Assembly: GCA_965649215.1 (NCBI GenBank)
Contig: CBFGJZ010000027.1
Location: forward strand, 1-21,551
Length of the DNA stretch: 21,551 nt
Reading direction: 5' to 3'
From: a candidate division WOR-3 bacterium
Lineage (GTDB): Bacteria; Hydrothermota; Tepidihabitantia; Tepidihabitantales; CAIPLT01
The translations under genes and the position numbers were made by a program. Each line of letters begins with the position of its first letter. Position 1 is the first letter of the stretch. The notes below the pieces were generated by a model that was not told the DNA's origin, did not search any database, and was given only the letters and a program-made list of their open reading frames with translations. Below are positions 17,495 to 21,551 of the stretch, piece after piece.

Positions 17495-18037
17495 TTATTC
17501 AAATAACAATTTAGATAATTCAACAATTATATCATTTTTTATTGTTTCTACTATTTTATCAAGATTATAATTAAATTCAATATTTCCTTTACGGAAGATA
17601 ATTCCTGCGGATAAGTTTTTATCAAGTTCATATTTTAAATTTGGTAATATGTTCTTAATTCTGTGTTCATCATTAGGAGAAATATAGACAATAGTATTGT
17701 CATCTTTGTATTTGGCGATCGAATCTTTAATAAAGTTCAAGTATTGTTCTGATTCAATATATTGTTGTTTAGCTTTCTTAAAAATCTCATCAATTACTTG
17801 CCATTTGGCATTTAGAAGCACTTGGTTTTTTTTTAGTTGCGCATTGGAAATAAGACGATTAGAAATTAATCTTGCTTCGTTTGCAATAAAGGCTTCATTC
17901 TCTTGAATTAATCTTTCTATTTCTTCTTTTGTTGCTTCTTCTATTTCTTGAATTTGCTTGTTATACTTCTCTTCGATTTCTTTTGCTTTTTGTTTCGCAG
18001 TTGCGATAATTGTATCAGTTAATCTTTCAATAGCCAT
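17495..18037 (-). CDS. V/A-type ATP synthase subunit E
   Basis: Long N-terminal charged helix followed by an alpha/beta domain ('IVYISPND', 'AGIIFRKGNIEFNYNLD'). Directly follows subunit K. Confidence 0.85.
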   Translation of the reverse strand: MAIERLTDTIIATAKQKAKEIEEKYNKQIQEIEEATKEEIERLIQENEAFIANEARLISNRLISNAQLKKNQVLLNAKWQVIDEIFKKAKQQYIESEQYLNFIKDSIAKYKDDNTIVYISPNDEHRIKNILPNLKYELDKNLSAGIIFRKGNIEFNYNLDKIVETIKNDIIVELSKLLFE

Positions 18038-18040
18038 TTA

Positions 18041-18532
<492 letters not shown>

Positions 18533-18562
18533 TTACTATTATAATTATTATTACATTTCACA

Positions 18563-20809
18563 TTATTTAATTGTAACATATTTTGTCTGTTCTTCGAATG
18601 GGGTGAATTTTTCACCGCCACCAGTAAAAAATCTTGGGAAAAATTCTACATAATTGAGCCGTAGTGAATGGACAAACGCACCAAGAATATTTATTGCTAG
18701 GTTATAAGCATGACCAAAAATTAAAAAGATGATTGCGATGATGATGCCGATGATCGGGATTTTTATAACCATCCAGGCAATCGTATTAATCGCCATACCA
18801 ATGCCCGCGGTAACCATTCCTAATGCCATCAAGCGGATATAGGACAAAACCACGCCGATAAAACTGGTAGCGCCATATAAATTATAAACTCCCCAGATAA
18901 TACTTTTAATGAGTTTGCGATGATCAGGGCTGAGCATCGTAAAAAATAATGATAAAACTAAAAACGGAATGACGGATATACGATAAATAGCATAACCGAT
19001 TAAAGATGCAACAAGTGCCACTAGTGTAATGATCGATAAAAGTTTGAACTTTTTGAGTCTTATCTGACTTATCAAAGAAATTGCCGAGAGTGCGATTAAT
19101 CCAAATAGAACTAAATACTTACCAAGCATTAAACTATGATATTGATTGGGTAAAATCGAAAGATTGATTTTACTGGTTAAGTAAATAAGTCCGCCTAAAA
19201 AAACAAACCCAAACAGAGTTTGATTAAACATTAATTGCTGGTTGCGACGAGTAAAGGCAATAATGGTTGATATTGCCAAAAGAATTATGAATATCAAATA
19301 GGGTCGCAAACTAACTGGTAAATACTTGCCAGTAAAAACATACAAAATGAGTCCGTTTAAAAACAGAAACCAGGGCAATTGGTCTAAAATTGCACCCTGC
19401 CAGTTTTTTTGCCGAAACGAATCGTAAATCTCAATAATAATGCCATAATTAAGATGTAAATAGCCAAGGGCAACTGATAAGATAAAGAACGGCATCGGGT
19501 CTTTAATCGGGTCAAATAATATTAAGCTGTCTCTAAATTTGACTAAAAACTGTAATCCGAGTTTATCAACAATATCGCCAAACCAGCCACCCGTTATCGC
19601 ACCGGCTAAAATCGTAAAACCACCGCAAATCGCAAGCAGTTTTAAGAATTTATCGGCCGCCTTCATTTTTTTAAGCAAAAGTAAAGCTAGAACAAGCGAG
19701 ACAATACCATATCCTGCATCTGTTAAACATAAAGCAAAAAAGACTGCAAAAAATGGTGCTAAAAGCGGTGTTGGATCTAATTCAGTAGGTTTCGGCATAG
19801 TATAAAGTTCAAGAATAATTTCAAAAGGTTTGAAAATGCTTTTGTTCTCTAAAGCTACGGGTGGTTCTTCATCTACTTGTTTTTTTAGTGGCGCGACAAC
19901 AACGGTTTGGAATGAATTAATTAGTTGTTGAAGTTTATTATAGTCTCGTTTTTTTATCCATCCTTCAATAAAGATAACTTGATTACTTTGTTTTAAATTG
20001 GGTTTTAAGTCTTCAAGTGATTGTAAATTTAAATAGTAATCATGCATTATTTTCAAAGGAGTTAGTTCCTGTGTTAAATGACGAATTTGTTGAATACAGT
20101 TTTGATATTGCTCATCAATTTTTTGAATTTTATGATTATATTCTTTGATAAGTTCATGAGGGATACCATCAAATTGACTTAAGTCGACAATTTCTAAATA
20201 TTGTAAATGTTCTTTTACAATATCTTTTTTATCTTTGGGGTATGCGATAAGACAATATCGAATATCTTTAATAGTATTCACAATTTGAATTTCTAAGGGG
20301 AGATCAGCTAAATCGCTTTGGATTTTTTGTAATACAATTGGATTCGAAATAGATCCTAAAGTTATTTCAATATACTTATGTTGATAGAGAACTTTAAGAT
20401 TAGATTTTAGATTTAGCCAAGGTGTAAGTAGAATAATATTATTTTCTAAGTTCTTTTTTTGATTAGAAAGTGTTGAGAGGGTGTGTTTAAGTTCATTTAC
20501 TTTCGAAATAATATTAGTAAATTTATACTGTTTGGTAAAATTAAAATATTCATTTCGTTCTAATTCGGGTTGAGATGATTTTAGATTTGCAAGTATTCCT
20601 TTTGATTCAACATAGGTTTGTAAGAAATCAATTGTCGCATTTATTTGATCTATTGTTTCCTTAATTGACGTAGCAGGTGTTTGTACTTCATAAGATTCAG
20701 CTGGATGACTAATATGAACGATCCCAACATTTTGCAAGGCCTTAAGAAACTGGTTTTCTTCAGATTTATGAAGAGCAATAAGTATTTTTTGTACTTCAGC
20801 AATAGCCAT
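18563..20809 (-). CDS. ntpI: V/A-type ATP synthase subunit I (a)
   Basis: 'MAIAEVQK', 'EGWI', 'PPVALEN...PFE...Y..P...ELDPT', 'DAGYG', essential Arg in 'SYIRLMAL', and 'LRLNYVEFF'. Confidence 0.95.
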   Translation of the reverse strand: MAIAEVQKILIALHKSEENQFLKALQNVGIVHISHPAESYEVQTPATSIKETIDQINATIDFLQTYVESKGILANLKSSQPELERNEYFNFTKQYKFTNIISKVNELKHTLSTLSNQKKNLENNIILLTPWLNLKSNLKVLYQHKYIEITLGSISNPIVLQKIQSDLADLPLEIQIVNTIKDIRYCLIAYPKDKKDIVKEHLQYLEIVDLSQFDGIPHELIKEYNHKIQKIDEQYQNCIQQIRHLTQELTPLKIMHDYYLNLQSLEDLKPNLKQSNQVIFIEGWIKKRDYNKLQQLINSFQTVVVAPLKKQVDEEPPVALENKSIFKPFEIILELYTMPKPTELDPTPLLAPFFAVFFALCLTDAGYGIVSLVLALLLLKKMKAADKFLKLLAICGGFTILAGAITGGWFGDIVDKLGLQFLVKFRDSLILFDPIKDPMPFFILSVALGYLHLNYGIIIEIYDSFRQKNWQGAILDQLPWFLFLNGLILYVFTGKYLPVSLRPYLIFIILLAISTIIAFTRRNQQLMFNQTLFGFVFLGGLIYLTSKINLSILPNQYHSLMLGKYLVLFGLIALSAISLISQIRLKKFKLLSIITLVALVASLIGYAIYRISVIPFLVLSLFFTMLSPDHRKLIKSIIWGVYNLYGATSFIGVVLSYIRLMALGMVTAGIGMAINTIAWMVIKIPIIGIIIAIIFLIFGHAYNLAINILGAFVHSLRLNYVEFFPRFFTGGGEKFTPFEEQTKYVTIK

Positions 20810-21135
20810 TAGTGAATATTTAACTTCTCCTTTATTTCTTCAATAATCATGTTGACAACTTGATTGACTTTTGAAGAATCTAAGTTTTTAATTTTCGCAA
20901 CATTATTTTGGGTTTCTAATTCAATTTGTTGTATTTTTTGACTAATTTCTTGTTGAATTATTTTTAATTTTTGAGCAGCGGTTTCCTTGAGTTTTACCTT
21001 GATATCGTCAATTTGTTTTTGCCTATAAATTTGTCTTTCTTGTAATCGATTTTGTGCATTTATTTCAGCTTGTTTAATGATTTCTTCCGCTTGCGCTTCT
21101 GCTTTTTGAATTTCGGTTATTAAATCTACATCCAT
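20809..21135 (-). CDS. V/A-type ATP synthase peripheral stalk subunit G/H
   Basis: 108-aa helical protein ('ITEIQKAEAQAEEIIKQAE') directly upstream of subunit I, with a TAATG stop/start overlap. Confidence 0.8.
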   Translation of the reverse strand: MDVDLITEIQKAEAQAEEIIKQAEINAQNRLQERQIYRQKQIDDIKVKLKETAAQKLKIIQQEISQKIQQIELETQNNVAKIKNLDSSKVNQVVNMIIEEIKEKLNIH

Positions 21136-21142
21136 AATTAAA

Positions 21143-21170
21143 AGTTTAACTAATCTGTTGTAATTGTCAA
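21143..21170 (-). promoter_or_regulatory. sigma70-type promoter for the ATPase G/H-I-K-E operon, probably giving a leaderless mRNA
   Basis: Minus strand TTGACA(21170-21165)-16 nt-TAAACT(21148-21143), then 7 nt to ATG 21135. No SD. Confidence 0.6.
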
Positions 21171-21171
21171 C

Positions 21172-21543
21172 TTACGATTTGATTTTTAAGTAATATGCGA
21201 TATTGGCATTTTTATTGATAATCGGTTTGATTTTACCTTTAACCGAAGTTGCTATAGTACAAACTCCAGGTCCATGACCGGCAATCACGCAGTCAGCATG
21301 GACAACCACGCCAACCGTACCCGCGCCTTTTTTATAACATCGGCCAAAGGTATTATCAGTGTTTTCTAAATAGACAATATCACCAAAACGAATTTTATTC
21401 AAACCATATTTTTCAATCATTTCGGGATCTTGAGTTGTAATATCGTAATCACCTGATGCAGCAGTTTCACTACCTAATCCTGAACCCATAATTGTTGGTG
21501 GAATAATGCGTGTGACAGGAAATTCAATTATTCCATTTTTACT
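21172..21543 (-). CDS. DUF4438-family protein, C-terminal part (5' part outside the window or disrupted at the window edge)
   Basis: 'PVTRIIPPTIMGSGLG...GDYDI...GL..IRFGDIV......GR.YKKGA.TVGVVVHADC..AGHGPGV' matches the DUF4438 pattern as I recall it. The frame stays open upstream of ATG 21489 as far as 21543. Confidence 0.8.
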   Translation of the reverse strand, partial: SKNGIIEFPVTRIIPPTIMGSGLGSETAASGDYDITTQDPEMIEKYGLNKIRFGDIVYLENTDNTFGRCYKKGAGTVGVVVHADCVIAGHGPGVCTIATSVKGKIKPIINKNANIAYYLKIKS

Positions 21544-21551
21544 TTAGGATT

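Noticed and set aside
18728..18760. GATGAT-type repeat and locally higher GC in ntpI
   Set aside because: It encodes the Ile/Gly/Ala-rich helix IPIIGIIIAII. Amino-acid composition explains it, with no support for a repeat element or mosaic gene.

Overview
AT-rich bacterial chromosomal segment of mostly housekeeping and bioenergetic genes. The gene content suggests an anaerobe with Na+ bioenergetics. The FlgD/T9SS-like C-terminal domain, V/A-ATPase, Rnf and DUF4438 would fit a candidate-phylum lineage such as WOR-3, but that is inference only. Left to right: the 3' end of a secreted protein with a FlgD-Ig/CTD tail; a GT4 glycosyltransferase; an uncharacterised three-gene envelope module (YidD-like/TPR/membrane-hairpin fusion, anchored coiled-coil protein, paralogous TPR/membrane-hairpin protein); on the minus strand rnfCDGEAB, polX and purM; a 540-bp divergent intergenic region; acs, an OFA-family MFS transporter and malic enzyme; a structured intergenic element; tRNA-Glu(CTC); a partial V/A-type ATPase operon (G/H, I, K, E only); and a DUF4438 gene cut near the window end. 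The most notable observations are the YidD-TPR module with a probable non-canonical start, three apparently leaderless genes, a candidate structured ncRNA at about 17125-17224, a split ATPase operon whose subunit I carries extra membrane segments, and a poly-Lys N-terminal tail on malic enzyme. I saw no CRISPR array, transposase or integrase.
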